A DNA stretch of 64,000 bases, taken from contig NC_086097.1 in assembly GCF_963921235.1 (NCBI RefSeq), positions 56,174,001 through 56,238,000 on the forward strand, written 5' to 3'. Positions 1 to 12,167 of the stretch are shown here, piece after piece. How positions within the stretch are numbered: position 1 is the first letter of the stretch; each line of letters opens with the position of its first letter. The translations under genes and the position numbers were made by a program. Source of the DNA: Mobula hypostoma (Eukaryota). A model generated the notes under the pieces. It was not told where the DNA came from. It made no database searches and saw nothing but the letters and a program-made list of their open reading frames with translations.

Positions 1-275
1 AGGTCTGTGTCTCTGCTATCGCTTACCTCACTCTTGTGCTCGGTAGCGGGTGCACTTTTTGTTTTGCCGGTGGAGGGAGGGGGGGATTGTTGCTCGCTGC
101 CACTTACGTGCGGGAGGAGGGAGCTGGGGGGGGGGGAGAGGAATTTGGGGTTCTCACATTTAACTGTTGTTCATTCTTTGGGGCACTTCTCCGTTTTCGT
201 GGATGTTTTGTGAAGAAAAAGCATTTCAGGATGTATACTGTATACATTTCTCTGACATTAAATTGAACCTTTGAA
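1..275 (+). repeat. Interspersed repeat, likely a LINE 3'-tail-derived element (second copy at ~49420-49645)
   Basis: Shared TTTAACTGTT.TTCATTCTTTGGGGCACT...TTTCAGGATGTATA.TGTATACATTTC between the two copies. Confidence 0.6.
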
Positions 276-1467
276 AAAAGGTGAAGGAGTAGCAATATCG
301 ATTAAAGGTAATAATACAATGCTGGAGAAAATTTCCTGGAATGATCAAGCTATCTGTTTATAGAGTTAAAGAACAATACATATGTAATTACACCACTGGG
401 ACTATTCCAGTGATTACATGCCAAAGAGCAAATATACTGAAAAATAACAAATGCATACTTTTTTCATCATCACATCTGAAATTTAAGGTGGACTTGTTTT
501 TGGGTGGTAAGCTGGGTCAACTGGAGCAAGTATCTATGGAACAGCTATAGGAAAGGCTAATAAACCGTTTCAAGATCAACTGGTGTGGAGCCACCTTCAA
601 TGATATTGTAACAGACCTGACTCAGGTAAACTAGACAGTAACTAAACAAAGCAAATGCATTCCTAAAACAGAAAGAGAAAGGAAGTTAAAGCCCAAACTC
701 TATGGATGAACAAAAAGATGAAATGGAGCTGAAGGAATGAGCAGTCAACAAGAGCTTGGCTTTTAAAATGACAACCAGGCTGATTACAAGAACTTGAAGG
801 GAAATTAATAAAAAAACAAGAGGCAGAGAGCAAGGATGGGCAGCAAACACAAAAGGAAGTCCTTATAAGCATGAGGGCAGGCAAGGCCTTTAAGAATAGT
901 AGTGGAGCTAATGAGGAAACAAAAAGGATATCTAATCATGGGAGACAGAAGGTACAGCTGTGATACAACCAAGAATGTATTAAACTGGAAGATGATGCAC
1001 CTGCAGTCTCAAAGAAAGCTGTGGCTGGGCTTCTGGAGGGGCTGTAAATACAATAAACATTCACTTCTTGCAGATAAAATGTATTCTATGTTGCTGGGGA
1101 AAGTAACTGGCAATAATCTTCTAAGCATCTGTAAGATTTGGGGTGGTGCCTATGAGATAGCACCAAAATGAGATATTTTACCACAATAACCACAGATTAG
1201 CTACTTTAACCCACATGGTGGAAAAAGTTATAAAATCAATAGTCAGGAATAGAATTAGAAGCATGGATTGAGAAAGCCAATTATGGATTTGTTACCAGCA
1301 AATTCTATTTAATGATTCAACTTGACAGTCTAATGAAAGAAATGTAGCTGATGTAGCATTCTGTGGTTCTCTGATTCTCTTTCCCCACATTGCACAGTAT
1401 TTTGGAATACTGACAATAGTAAATAAAGAGAAATGCTTCTCTACATTGTATACAAGGTTACTGGCAG

Positions 1468-1788
1468 TTTAATGAAGCAGTATTTACACTTTTACCATCT
1501 GTAAAATAATTTTGCAGTTTTTCCACTTACTGATTTGACTTTTTACTCTTAACTCAAGAAAAATGCTTCAAAGCATGCATGCACATAAAATAATTACAAT
1601 ATAAACAGTCAAATACAAAACAAATCCATAATGTACAATGTTAAAAAGTAGTATTATAAAATGTGAAAGTTACAAGCCAATTATTTGTGATCATAATGCC
1701 AGCATATGGAAGATCAAATTTTATTCAAAAAACAAATAAATAATCTACAAAATCAACTTGAGTTTTGTTGAAATTACTTTGTTTTATT
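1468..1788 (-). terminator. Candidate EXOC5 polyadenylation signals (AATAAA at 1783-1788 and 1720-1725, ATTAAA at 1468-1473)
   Basis: Minus-strand hexamers about 0.85-1.2 kb downstream of the stop codon in AT-rich non-repetitive DNA; which one is used cannot be told from sequence. Confidence 0.4.
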
Positions 1789-2636
1789 TTCATGGCAAAT
1801 GCGATTAAAACGAACCAACACTGAAAACCCAATCCATTTCCTCCTGCAACTTACAGTTTGAAGACTTTTGAAATTCTCAGTTCATCTTTTTCCTTCAGTA
1901 ATCATGCATTATTGCCACAGTGGATAACATTAACCTTAGAGATGGCAAAGGGAATATATATTTTCTGGAGCGCCACCTGCAGAGCTCGTTAATAACTAAA
2001 AATTGCCGCATTAACTTACATAAGAATAGCATTACCGTGCTACACTGCATCGTCCTCAACTACTCATCCCACTTTCAGTCCAAGAGAATATCCCAATAAC
2101 TATGTTTTATAAGCAGAGGCACCTGTGTAGCTGATCCTGTATAAACAAGTATACCATTAACATAATGTTACCTCTGTGTACAGCAAGGGGAAGAAAATCC
2201 ATTATACCTGGATAAAACATTATACATTTCTTAAACAAGTGTTTACTGAACTGAAAGTTAAACTTAATAGTCAGTGCTTCAACAACCTCCCTGATAGAAT
2301 TTATAAACATGAATGTATCAATATATGCAAAACTTGAATTACATTAGTGGCTTCTGAGAGGTTCAGCTCTGGATAATTTACTGTTAGAGCATAAATTGTG
2401 CAAAAATATTACTTGTATTTAGCTTGAATTAATGTAGCCTCTTTTTCAATTGAAATAGTTCAATAATGTCTGCTCTTTAGTGAAGTCATGTATTTCCCAT
2501 CAATTACATTTGTAAATGACTATATAACAGGGGTTGGCATACCCTGCTTTTAAAGCTTCCGAAGATCCAAACAGCCTAAGCACAAAACTCCTGATCAAGC
2601 TTTGACACTATATTCCGATTTCAGATGTCAAGGATT

Positions 2637-2825
2637 TCAGCTGAAGTGACGACCAAGACGCGCTGATCTGTAGTCGGACCTTAACTGCACAAAGGCATGA
2701 AGGATGTTCTTGTCAAGATTAGTTAGCTGCTCTCCAGAACAGACCTGCTTAAGGTTGTCAGGTGCTACTACCAGAAGATTACAGAGTGCATGTAGCGTGT
2801 CAAAAAGTTGCAACACCAAGGAGAT
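2637..2825 (-). CDS. EXOC5: EXOC5 exon 18, last coding exon (ISLVLQLFDTLHALCNLLVVAPDNLKQ...RSARLGRHFS*)
   Basis: Inside ORF 2637-2846; TGCAG| acceptor, TGA stop at 2639-2637; all exons total 2127 nt = 708 aa. Confidence 0.96.
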   Translation of the reverse strand: MSLVLQLFDTLHALCNLLVVAPDNLKQVCSGEQLTNLDKNILHAFVQLRSDYRSARLGRHFS

Positions 2826-4820
2826 CTGCAAGGAAAGCAGAAACAAAGTTCAATTATGAAAAAAAATAGCAGCAGCAATTCTATAGATATGAAAGTACAC
2901 CTTTGGTAACAGTAGGGAGGTTGGGGAATGAATCTTCGGTAATGAACACAAGGTATAGGCTAAATTGGAAGAAGAGAATTTTTAAAATTTCTGAAAAGAT
3001 TCTAGAAAATGTGATTTTCTAATTTTTTTTACTACTGCCTGTCAAGGGAAAAATCCTACGTTATCTGGAAAAAGTATGAGTGAGAGGTACAGCAGGAAAG
3101 AGCAACAGAAGACAAATGGTGTTGTGAAAATTGCTTTGAATGGTGAAATTTAACTTTTAACGAATTGTCACACAAGTTGGAAGATATATATAGTTGGAAG
3201 ATACAATAAAACTTTGTGTACCAAGGTGGGTAATTTCTGAGTTACCAAATACAGGACTATCGGAGTTCACATTATTTGCAGGCTTCAGACGTGTCATACA
3301 TTGTTGTTTATGTGGGCTGAGTATAAAGACCAGGACTGAGCTTGGGAAAACAAGGGGGCCTGAAGTGGTGGGGGCGGATGTGCCTAGACTAACATTCAAT
3401 GTCCAGAAATTCTGTTTGCCTGGCAGAAACAAATAATAAAGGGTGTCAGTTTACCAGTTTTACTATACAAAATGTAAATTCACTACATTCTTGAAAAGGA
3501 TGCTTGAACAGATTATACACCAAACTGAAGTCACAGCTTATGAGGAACATGACTACTGTAATTATTTGATTTTGAAGCTAGGTACCAAAACCTTTGTCAG
3601 CTTATCATCTATGAAATAGAGTAATACATCATTTTGAAAATCTAGCACCGAGTGAAAAGTGTTTAAGATTTAAAGTACTTCAGTAGTCAACTTGCTCAGG
3701 TACATGAAAAATGCAAGTTTAAAAATGAACTGAAATGAATGCAAATACATGCAAATTTCTAAGTTATAGAATGATTGAAAAATAGGTAAAGGTAAGGATG
3801 ATCTGAGGCAATCCAAATTAGAACATCAAACCTGAGTGTATTTATAAGATATAAAGTCAGGGTTTAAGGAAATAAAATTATTGAAGTGGGCTTATGTTGT
3901 GAGCAAATATTTCAGTTGTTAAGATAAAACTACAAATGCTAGAAATCTGAAACAAACAGAAGTCTTGGTGTATGTGCTAGATCTTTCACCAGCAGTTGAG
4001 AAGTTAGTATTTCAGCTCCAGAGTCCTCATAAATTGGACAGCTCCATTAAAAAGCTGTGCTTTAACTTCACTCACAGCTACTGACTAAACAGAATTTCCT
4101 GCCACTTTAGTGTGCAAGATTAAAACATTCGTTTTTCAGCAACTGTGTATTTCCATAATTCACATTGTTTCATTTTCCTTCATTATAGTGGATATAAAAC
4201 ATATTATAACAAGGATAAAATGCAAAATAAAAAATCTTTTGATCCAATAATTAAAAATGTTATATTACTCTTCCTTAGAACATCTTCAGCATTAGACTGA
4301 AATCTAACACCATCTGGTGATACAAACAGAGATACATCAATTCACTGAAAATGTAAGAGGTCTCGCTGCTATCAGTTCTGGACATGGATTTGTTGAAAAC
4401 TATTTAACTAATTATTTAAGCATATTTCTATCATAATTTTAAATATGAGAACGATTTTTGAATTAAAGATTTTAAGGTAAAACATGATACAAAATATTTT
4501 AAATACTGTATTTAATTAAATGAACATTCCCCTCTTAATTTATAAATGTTAAAGACTTTCCAAAATAAAACATTCAGGTCTCTTATTTCTGAATTTCAGT
4601 ATCAGTATAGTGGTGGTGATTGGTGGATAATGATTATCCCAAAAGTAAACTGAAAATAACTGAATATATTTAAGAAATGCTTACTTAAAAATCCTGCTAT
4701 TGTGTGCAACTTTATTTAATTTGAACTCAAAGGGAATAATTAGTAATCAAGAAAGCAGCAAAAATACCAACAGTATTTAGTCATTAAATCAGCCGATGGT
4801 TAATAGAAGGTATACAACAC

Positions 4821-5036
4821 CTTAAACTCTTTGGCACACTTCCGATACTCAGCTACATCACAGATAGCCAGCATGCCACCCATTGAACTGTATGTATACT
4901 GCTGAAGATGCTCATGAATTAAGCGGTGGAAACGAACTCCAAATTCTGTTAGAACAGTATCCACATTCTTCCCATCCATTGAATTTCGATTTTTTTCTAC
5001 TTGCTTCCTAACATAATCACAGACTTTGACACAGGC
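4821..5036 (-). CDS. EXOC5: EXOC5 exon 17 (ACVKVCDYVRKQVEK...MGGMLAICDVAEYRKCAKEFK)
   Basis: ATAG| and |GTGTTG; 216 nt. Confidence 0.95.
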
Positions 5037-6745
5037 CTATTCAAAAAGGTTGGAGGAAGTGAGATATTACTAAGGTAAAACATTGCAGATGTTCAAATCT
5101 GAGATAAAAACAGAAAGTAATAGAAATGGTCAGAGACTAGGCAGCATTTGTGCAGAATTAATATTTCACATTGTGGTGCTGTCTGATCTGCTGAGCATTT
5201 CCAACATTTTGCTTTCACGTGACATTAGTAGTTTGTGTTCTAAAAAGTAGTGAAAGCAAGATTATATTCTATAGTAACTGCAGTTGCTTCATTACAGTTT
5301 ATCTTAAAGCATTTGTTTTCTAACTATTTCAATGCTGGTGAACAGCACATTTTTAACTTTTAGTCCGAGAGAAATGATTACCAATAACAAGGTTTGATTT
5401 CTAAAACAAAAGCAATACAAGTTTAATTTTCAAATATTTAAATTAAGGGAATAAACACACAGCAGTTGTTAACAAAACATTCATCCCAAATTAACAAAGA
5501 CACTGAGCTGCCTTTCAGTCAGACTCCTGCTGTGATAACATAGTGCTCCGCAAAAATAGTTGCTCCCCTAAGCAACAAAATGAATGGACATTATAGAAAA
5601 ACATCATTTCTATCTAAGGATCAGTGAAAAACATGCAAATTCTGATGAGAACGTTCTGTTAGCATACTCTGCTTGGGCCTAAATCCTGACATGTTAATCT
5701 ATTATCCTAGCTGAATACATTTGCCAAAAAGATATTGTAATTCAATTTATTTGATCTAAAGAGTCCCAACTGTATCAAGTACATTTATGTGATATGTCCA
5801 ACAAGCCCAGCATGAAATTTACAATTCAGATGGCTCACAATTTTCAGAACAAAGTTTAAACTATGATAAAAATTAAATTAAATTTCCTCTCTGGAGATTA
5901 AGATGATAGATGGTAAGATCCTATAGCAATAATGTAACTGAATGTGAAGACAATGCTAGATCCAAATAAGTGCAGTGGGGCCCGACAATCAAAATCATGG
6001 CATGTTTGTAGATCAAGTAATAGAATTACACCTGCCAGTTGGGGAAATTTTCACCAGAAACTGAACTTCTATAAACTCTTCAGCAGGCTTCCATGCCATC
6101 TTGGATTTAGCTTCCAATAGAAGAAACGCAAGTTTTGTCCTAAATTTACAACCCGCCTAAAATTTACCTCATAATTCTCCAATTATTCTGTAACAGTGGG
6201 CTGTATAAGGGAGGAAAAAAGGACTATGTCATCCATCACTCCCAAGGATGGGTGACAAAATTAAAAAAAAAATTGGGCAGTGTAGTGGAATTTATATAAA
6301 GGCCTCACTCCGTTGATAATTTACATCACATTGTAATCTCTACAGATTTTTTAAGTCCAAACCTCTAATAGTCTTAAACACATATGTAACAATTTACAGT
6401 GATTGATTCCTGCTGTTTGTAAAATGGTCACCATTTTTTCTAATGTGATTTCACTTCAAGGATGCAAAATGTTTTTGAATTTTGAAGATGAAATGTTATA
6501 ATATATAAATTCACATTTTTTTCTCACCCTAAGAGCTATAAAATGTGATTGTACAAAAAAAGTTCAACACATTTGCCATAAAAATTCAGACTGAAGGCAG
6601 CAGCCAAGGAGATAACAAATAACAGATCCCCAACTCCACTTTAAATCATTTAGCTCAACCATATTGTATAGCAGTTTGGAAGAATTAAACGTAATATACA
6701 GCATGTTGGTTCCTAAAATCCATACAAAAGCTTGTAAATACGTAC

Positions 6746-6854
6746 ATTTGTATACTGAATTAACACGTTGTTTTCATCCTCTGGTTTGAAGTCTGTCTTT
6801 TTCTGTTCAACAGTCAGAATGTGCTTCATATGTCCAATCATGCAATTCAATGTC
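6746..6854 (-). CDS. EXOC5: EXOC5 exon 16 (RTLNCMIGHMKHILTVEQKKTDFKPEDENNVLIQYTN)
   Basis: AAG| and |GTACGT; 109 nt. Confidence 0.95.
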
Positions 6855-7504
6855 CTTCATAGAATAAAGTGGATACTTAAATTATGAGATAAAGTTGTTA
6901 TTTGGTTGGTACAGGAGTAGATTATATTAAACAATGCAAAGATGCTTCATGGCAATATTACCGAATGTTAAATTTTAATATTAGCTATATTAAAGTACTT
7001 TGAAATAAAATCTATTTTCATGAACCTACATTAACACATATAATCTTACTGAAGTTACCCCAGATGGAATGTATGAAGATATTCTGTTTTCCTACTTTCA
7101 ATAAAGGCCCAGATCAGTTATCAGAGGCACTGTCTGAAAGCTTGCATATAATCCAAAAGTTTAGAGCATGTCAAGAGTTTTGATAATGTTCAAAAGTTTC
7201 AGGTGGACATTGAGATTGGGTGTATTATAATACTGGACCCGTTATAATATTTCAATTGTTGAAAGTCCATACAGGAATGAATGCTGCATTCCAGGGTGAA
7301 CATCAGCTACACTAAATCAGGGCTAGAGAAATCTCCTTAGTCAGTTTAATTAACCAAGCAGATCAGAAATGATTCCATTCATTTGTTGTTTTCCCTAAAT
7401 TAATTTGGGTTTTCACCTGTTATTCACTTATTCCATAACATGATATGTTTGGTTAGGATACAGCACGCAGGCACTTGTGTAGTTCAGGTGGGACAGACCA
7501 GTCT

Positions 7505-7632
7505 GTCCGAGTCCTGAAGAAGGGTCTCAGCCCAAAACGTCAATTGCTTATCATTTCCTGTCCAGCTGAGTTCCTCCAGCATTTTGGAGGTATTGCTCTG
7601 GATTTCCAGCGTCTGCAGAATTTCTCATGTTT
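7505..7632 (+). mobile_element. Penelope-derived short repeat with degenerate hammerhead
   Basis: CTGAAGA AGGGTCTCAGCCC AAAAC GTC followed by the family tail CTGAGTTCCTCCAGCATTTTG. Confidence 0.65.
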
Positions 7633-8587
7633 AAAATCAATGTTAATCCTGCTAAGTCATTTTTTAAATACAAGGTTACAGTTATGGTAGAGTCCACAGA
7701 AATTGGTATTCTCATTTCAGCACAGGTGAGCTTTAATAGACATATTTTAAATTACAATGGATATTTATAGAAAATGGAGAAACCACTTCCATGCAGATAG
7801 TTTAGTAATCAAGAGTCAATGGAGTAAAAACAACTGGAATAGCACAGAGAAAAGATGGCTTTTGTTTAAACATACAAATTCAAGAAACTGAACTGAATTG
7901 TCTCAAAAATGTGACATAAGCAGATTCAATATTAATTTTTCATATTTGACTAAGAATACTTTCAGGGTTAAGGTGAAAACAGAGAAAGTGTATTAACCTG
8001 TATAATTAATTAGTACTGTATTTCCAAGAGCTGAAACAGATACACCAAAAAATACTTGAGGAAGTAATTTTGTGACTGTATAAATCTAAAGCAGAGATCT
8101 TGAGAGACATCAATGCAGTATCAAAACTGACAAATCAAAAATTCATAAAAAAGACTATTGAGAAAATTATTGGAAAATGGTGGAAGAAATTAATCTTTCC
8201 CATTACACATCTCAATCATAGAATTAAATCATTTAAAATGTCTAGTACTGTTTTTGTCCTCAAGTATAAAATGCAAAGTAATTTAGTCAATTCCAATTTA
8301 ATAATTAATGCCAAAGTTTCCATTTACATCATAAGAAAATGTCCTCTATTTCCAGTCAAAGAACCTTTGCAATTTCACATTCACATTAATAACTGTAAAG
8401 AGTATAATAAAAATGTTATTTTGCTTTAGAATTAAGCAGCTTATGATAACACCCTTTCGTCAAAAGTCTGCATTTCATGGATGTCCAATGGATGATTAAG
8501 TGAATGATAATGAGATGCTGTATAGTACATGAAAAACAGATTAACGGCATGCTTTAGATGGATATGTTGCAATGAATTTATATCTAC

Positions 8588-8674
8588 CTGTCAATGCCTG
8601 TATCTAGTTTTACTTCCATCTGTTCAATCACTTCCTTCTTTTTCTGTAGGCACTCAGTAAGCTTCGGAGAAGAG
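8588..8674 (-). CDS. EXOC5: EXOC5 exon 15 (SSSPKLTECLQKKKEVIEQMEVKLDTGID)
   Basis: Inside ORF 8584-8802; TGCAG| and |GTAGAT; 87 nt. Confidence 0.96.
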
Positions 8675-9199
8675 CTGCAAATACAAATATTAAATAAAAG
8701 TGAATTCATTTTGTTGACAAATGAAAGTAAATTTAAGAAACTGTAGTGAGGTATTTCAATTGCTGTTTGAATGTTTAGCACAATGACTAAATTAACATTC
8801 AAACCAGATTTTTTATTATTTTAAGATTTAAGTCAGACGCATTGAATTAGCTGTGATTAAAATGGTTCTCAACTGCATTTAGAGACACATCTCTGCTTTT
8901 TAACTGGCTCGATTTGCTCAGGCAATCATTATTTTGCTGTTTATTTCACACTGTAAAAATCTTTCCTTTACCTATATTTTGCTTCAAATTGTGTCCCAAA
9001 TAGCTTAAAAAGCATTTCCATTATGTCGTCCTGCTTGCATGTAAACAGAGCGAAGCAACTTTGTTCTTAATGCAAAAATGCCACATTAGCCATGCAAATG
9101 ACATGTACTCAAAAGTTAGGATGTTCCATTTTAATTCTATTCTAATTACAATAAAAGAGTATTGTATGGTTATCACAGAAAAAGGTAAACAGAGATATG

Positions 9200-10125
9200 A
9201 GAAAGGAGCAGGCCAAAGTTGACTGGAAAGGGATACGAGCAGGGATCATAGTAGAACAGGAAATGCTGGAGTTTCTGGCAATAATTCGGAAGACGCAGGA
9301 TCAGTTCATCCCAAAGAAGATACATTCTAAAGGGAGGAAGGGGTAACCATAGCTGACAAAGGAAAACAAAGAGCATAACAGCAAAACAGAGAACATACAA
9401 GATAGCAAAAATTAGTGAGACATTAGACAATTGCAAAACTTTTAAAAATGTGCATATTCCCTAAAGATTAACTTGAAGGTTGAGTCGGTAGTAAGAAAGA
9501 CAAATGCAATATTAGCATTCATTTTGAGAGGACTAGAATATAAAAGCAAGGATGTCATGCTGAGTGTGAGGTTTATAAGGCATTGGTCAGATCACATTTA
9601 GAATATTGTGAGTTTTACGCCTTATATCTTCAAAAGGACGTGCTGGCATTGGAGAGGGCCCAGAGGAGATTTACTTGAATGATCCTGGGAATGAAAGAGT
9701 TAAAATATTAGGAATGTTTGATGGCTCTGGGCCTATACCTACTGGGGGTGGTCTCATTGAATTCTACAGAACATTGAAATGCCTTGAAAGAGTGGACATG
9801 GAGAGGATGTTTCCAATATCAGACAGTCTTGGGCTAGAGGGCACATTCACATAATAAAAGGACATCCCTTCAGACAGAGATAAAGAGAAATTTCTTTAAC
9901 CAGTGGGTGGTGAATATGTAGGAATTATTCCCACAGATATCTGTGGAGGCCAAGTCATTGAGTTGATTTAAAATGGCGGTCAATAGGTTCTTGATTAGGA
10001 CATCAAAGATTACTGGGAGAAGACAGGAGAATGGAGTTGAGAGGGAAAATAAATCAGCCACAACTGATTAGTGGAACAGACTCGATGGACCAAACAGCCT
10101 AATTCTGATCCTATGACTTATAAAA
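9200..10125 (+). mobile_element. Degraded CR1 LINE fragments (ORF2 pieces and 3' end)
   Basis: Remnants of the GLEYKSKDVML / PHLEYC and RRNFF.Q.VVN.WN motifs. Confidence 0.65.
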
Positions 10126-10153
10126 GCATTGATAGAAAAAAAAATCTACTTAC

Positions 10154-10274
10154 CTTATTAGTGGCATGAGGTGGTCATTAAATTGTTTGTCAAATAAGTG
10201 AAAAATAGTATTTGCCTGTTGTACGACATCTAAAAAGTAAAGGCTTCCAGTCTTGGAATCTGTAGATGGGATTG
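10154..10274 (-). CDS. EXOC5: EXOC5 exon 14 (AIPSTDSKTGSLYFLDVVQQANTIFHLFDKQFNDHLMPLI)
   Basis: CCTCAG| and |GTAAGT; 121 nt. Confidence 0.96.
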
Positions 10275-10824
10275 CTGAGGAAAGAGACAACATTTTGTCA
10301 TATTTAAATCAGAGGACCAACGATAATCAGAACATTGTGAATTAAATTTTGGTTGCATCATTAAGCAACTAGCTCGCTAAAATAAATTAACATGATATCC
10401 AAATACTAATGTGATAAATGATATGGACAACCAAATGTATTAAGTTCAATTCATAATTATATTGATAGTCAACAAACAACAATCATCACACCAGGAGAAA
10501 TTTCTACCTCACCTCTTTCAATCTGTCAAAGCACTCAAGTGGAACAATTTGAAGCACAACTTCATAAAGCCATAAATTATCTACATGATGCACTAAGTTT
10601 TTACAAAGACATATTCTGATAGATAATAAAATAAGTTTCTTTTTCCTACATTGCGGCATCATTGGAAGAGAATTCAACAGAATACTGAGAAGTGAATGAG
10701 CATTCAGGTGGTGGAAGACTGGAGCTTAGAGTTAAGGACAGATAGATAACATAAAAGTGTTAGCAATCAGAGAAGTGTGGTAGAAAGGAGGAAGAACCTT
10801 AGTGAGGAAGATCAGGGTTTAGGT

Positions 10825-11410
10825 CTGATGCCCTCCGTTGGTCAGGGTTGACCATGGATGTTGTGTCCCAGCTGTTTATGTGATATGCAAGTCAGGGCAA
10901 TACAATATTGAGAGCAAGCTGTTGCCCATGTAGCAGGCTCCCCCTGCCACACAGCTGATAAATGCAAAGGAATGGCATAGTGTGATACAGTTTGGCACCA
11001 GCAGCACAGCTGAAGCTGCCAGTTATGTTGAACTCACTGTAGGACTGCCTTAGAGACTCCAAGCCAGGATTTTTCCCTCGGTATTTACTCCCGAAGTCTT
11101 CCCCATGAGTGGGTATAGCTGCAAGGCAGTGGAGGTTTGAGATAGAGTTTTCCTTCTCCCAGATGAGCTGCCAATCACAGCGGACAAGCCCCATCTGGCC
11201 AAAGCCACTGGCTTTAAGACAACAGTAATCTGCCTTTGCCTCTTCTCCTGTCAGTAGAAATGGTTCTACTGGCTTAGTAGCTAAGCTCCACCAGAAGGAT
11301 AGGAGCTGAACTTCTTTGTCAGGGGATATTTGAGACATACGCCATTGGGAATATTTAACAGGTAGTGGGGGTTTATCCCCACTACCACCCCCAGCCATAA
11401 CAACCTTAAA
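10825..11410 (-). mobile_element. Non-autonomous retroelement, probably RTE-related, with a structured 5' end
   Basis: GC-richer 0.6-kb island; 3' end CCATGGTCAACCCTGACCAACGGAGGGCA resembles an RTE-type 3' stem-loop (from recall); several perfect hairpins. Confidence 0.45.
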
Positions 11411-11734
11411 AAAAACCCAGGTCTAGATCTATTTTAGTGCTATTCAAGGAAAACAAACTAGAGTGTACGAGAAATAGGAGATCAAATGTTCAAAAATGCA
11501 TGGTATAGAAAGTTAAGAAAGTTAAGGCTGTTGGTGAAAAGGAGGAAATTAAGAGTCATCAGTATTGAAGTGATGGCATTAATATGAACTTTGAAAGGAA
11601 ATTGGACAAACCCAAGGAAAGTGAAGAATTCACATTATTAGCTCGGAAATCAGGTGTTCATAACTTTAATGGAAACATGAAATTGAATTAATGCACAGAG
11701 AATCATATAATGAATTATTTAATAACACAATTAC

Positions 11735-11843
11735 CTGCGAGTCCAATCTCTAGCGCATAGTCAATATGTTCAACGCACAAGTACTCCACAAGAATAGTAA
11801 ATATTCGAAAAGCATTCTTTGGTAAATCAGAAGGGTCAGACAA
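11735..11843 (-). CDS. EXOC5: EXOC5 exon 13 (LSDPSDLPKNAFRIFTILVEYLCVEHIDYALEIGLA)
   Basis: TATAG| and |GTAATT; 109 nt. Confidence 0.96.
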
Positions 11844-12019
11844 CTATAAGTAAAAAGATTAAAATGTGAGTGTGTACGGCTCAATACGTTAACTATATTG
11901 AGCTGGAATAAATAAAAGTTTGCTCAAAACAAATTCTTGAAAAAGTCTCTAAAGTGGAAGGCACAGTGACCTACTTGAAGAAAAGCATTTCATAATTCAA
12001 ATCTCAAAAACTTTCTCAC

Positions 12020-12167
12020 CCTATGACACCTCTCAAAGGCCTGTCTGGTCTCCTGCAAAAGATTGACAACCACCTCCTGTGACAGGAAAGTCTCACCATG
12101 TGTGTCAATACTTGGTCCAAGTGGTAAGTTGGTGCGTTGGCGAATTCGCTCTTTTAGATCCTGAATA
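12020..12167 (-). CDS. EXOC5: EXOC5 exon 12 (GIQDLKERIRQRTNLPLGPSIDTHGETFLSQEVVVNLLQETRQAFERCHR)
   Basis: TTTTGTAG| and |GTGAGA; 148 nt. Confidence 0.96.

Noticed and set aside
275..1350. Short plus-strand ORFs downstream of EXOC5
   Set aside because: Appear to be heavily decayed CR1 sequence rather than exons.
5085..5215. Weak inverted repeat near exon 17 (similar relic at ~61700-61845)
   Set aside because: Probably very old fold-back Penelope relics, too degraded to define ends or a ribozyme core.
10892..11398. 168-aa ORF
   Set aside because: Lies wholly inside a repeat-like island, with no recognisable domain or splice context.
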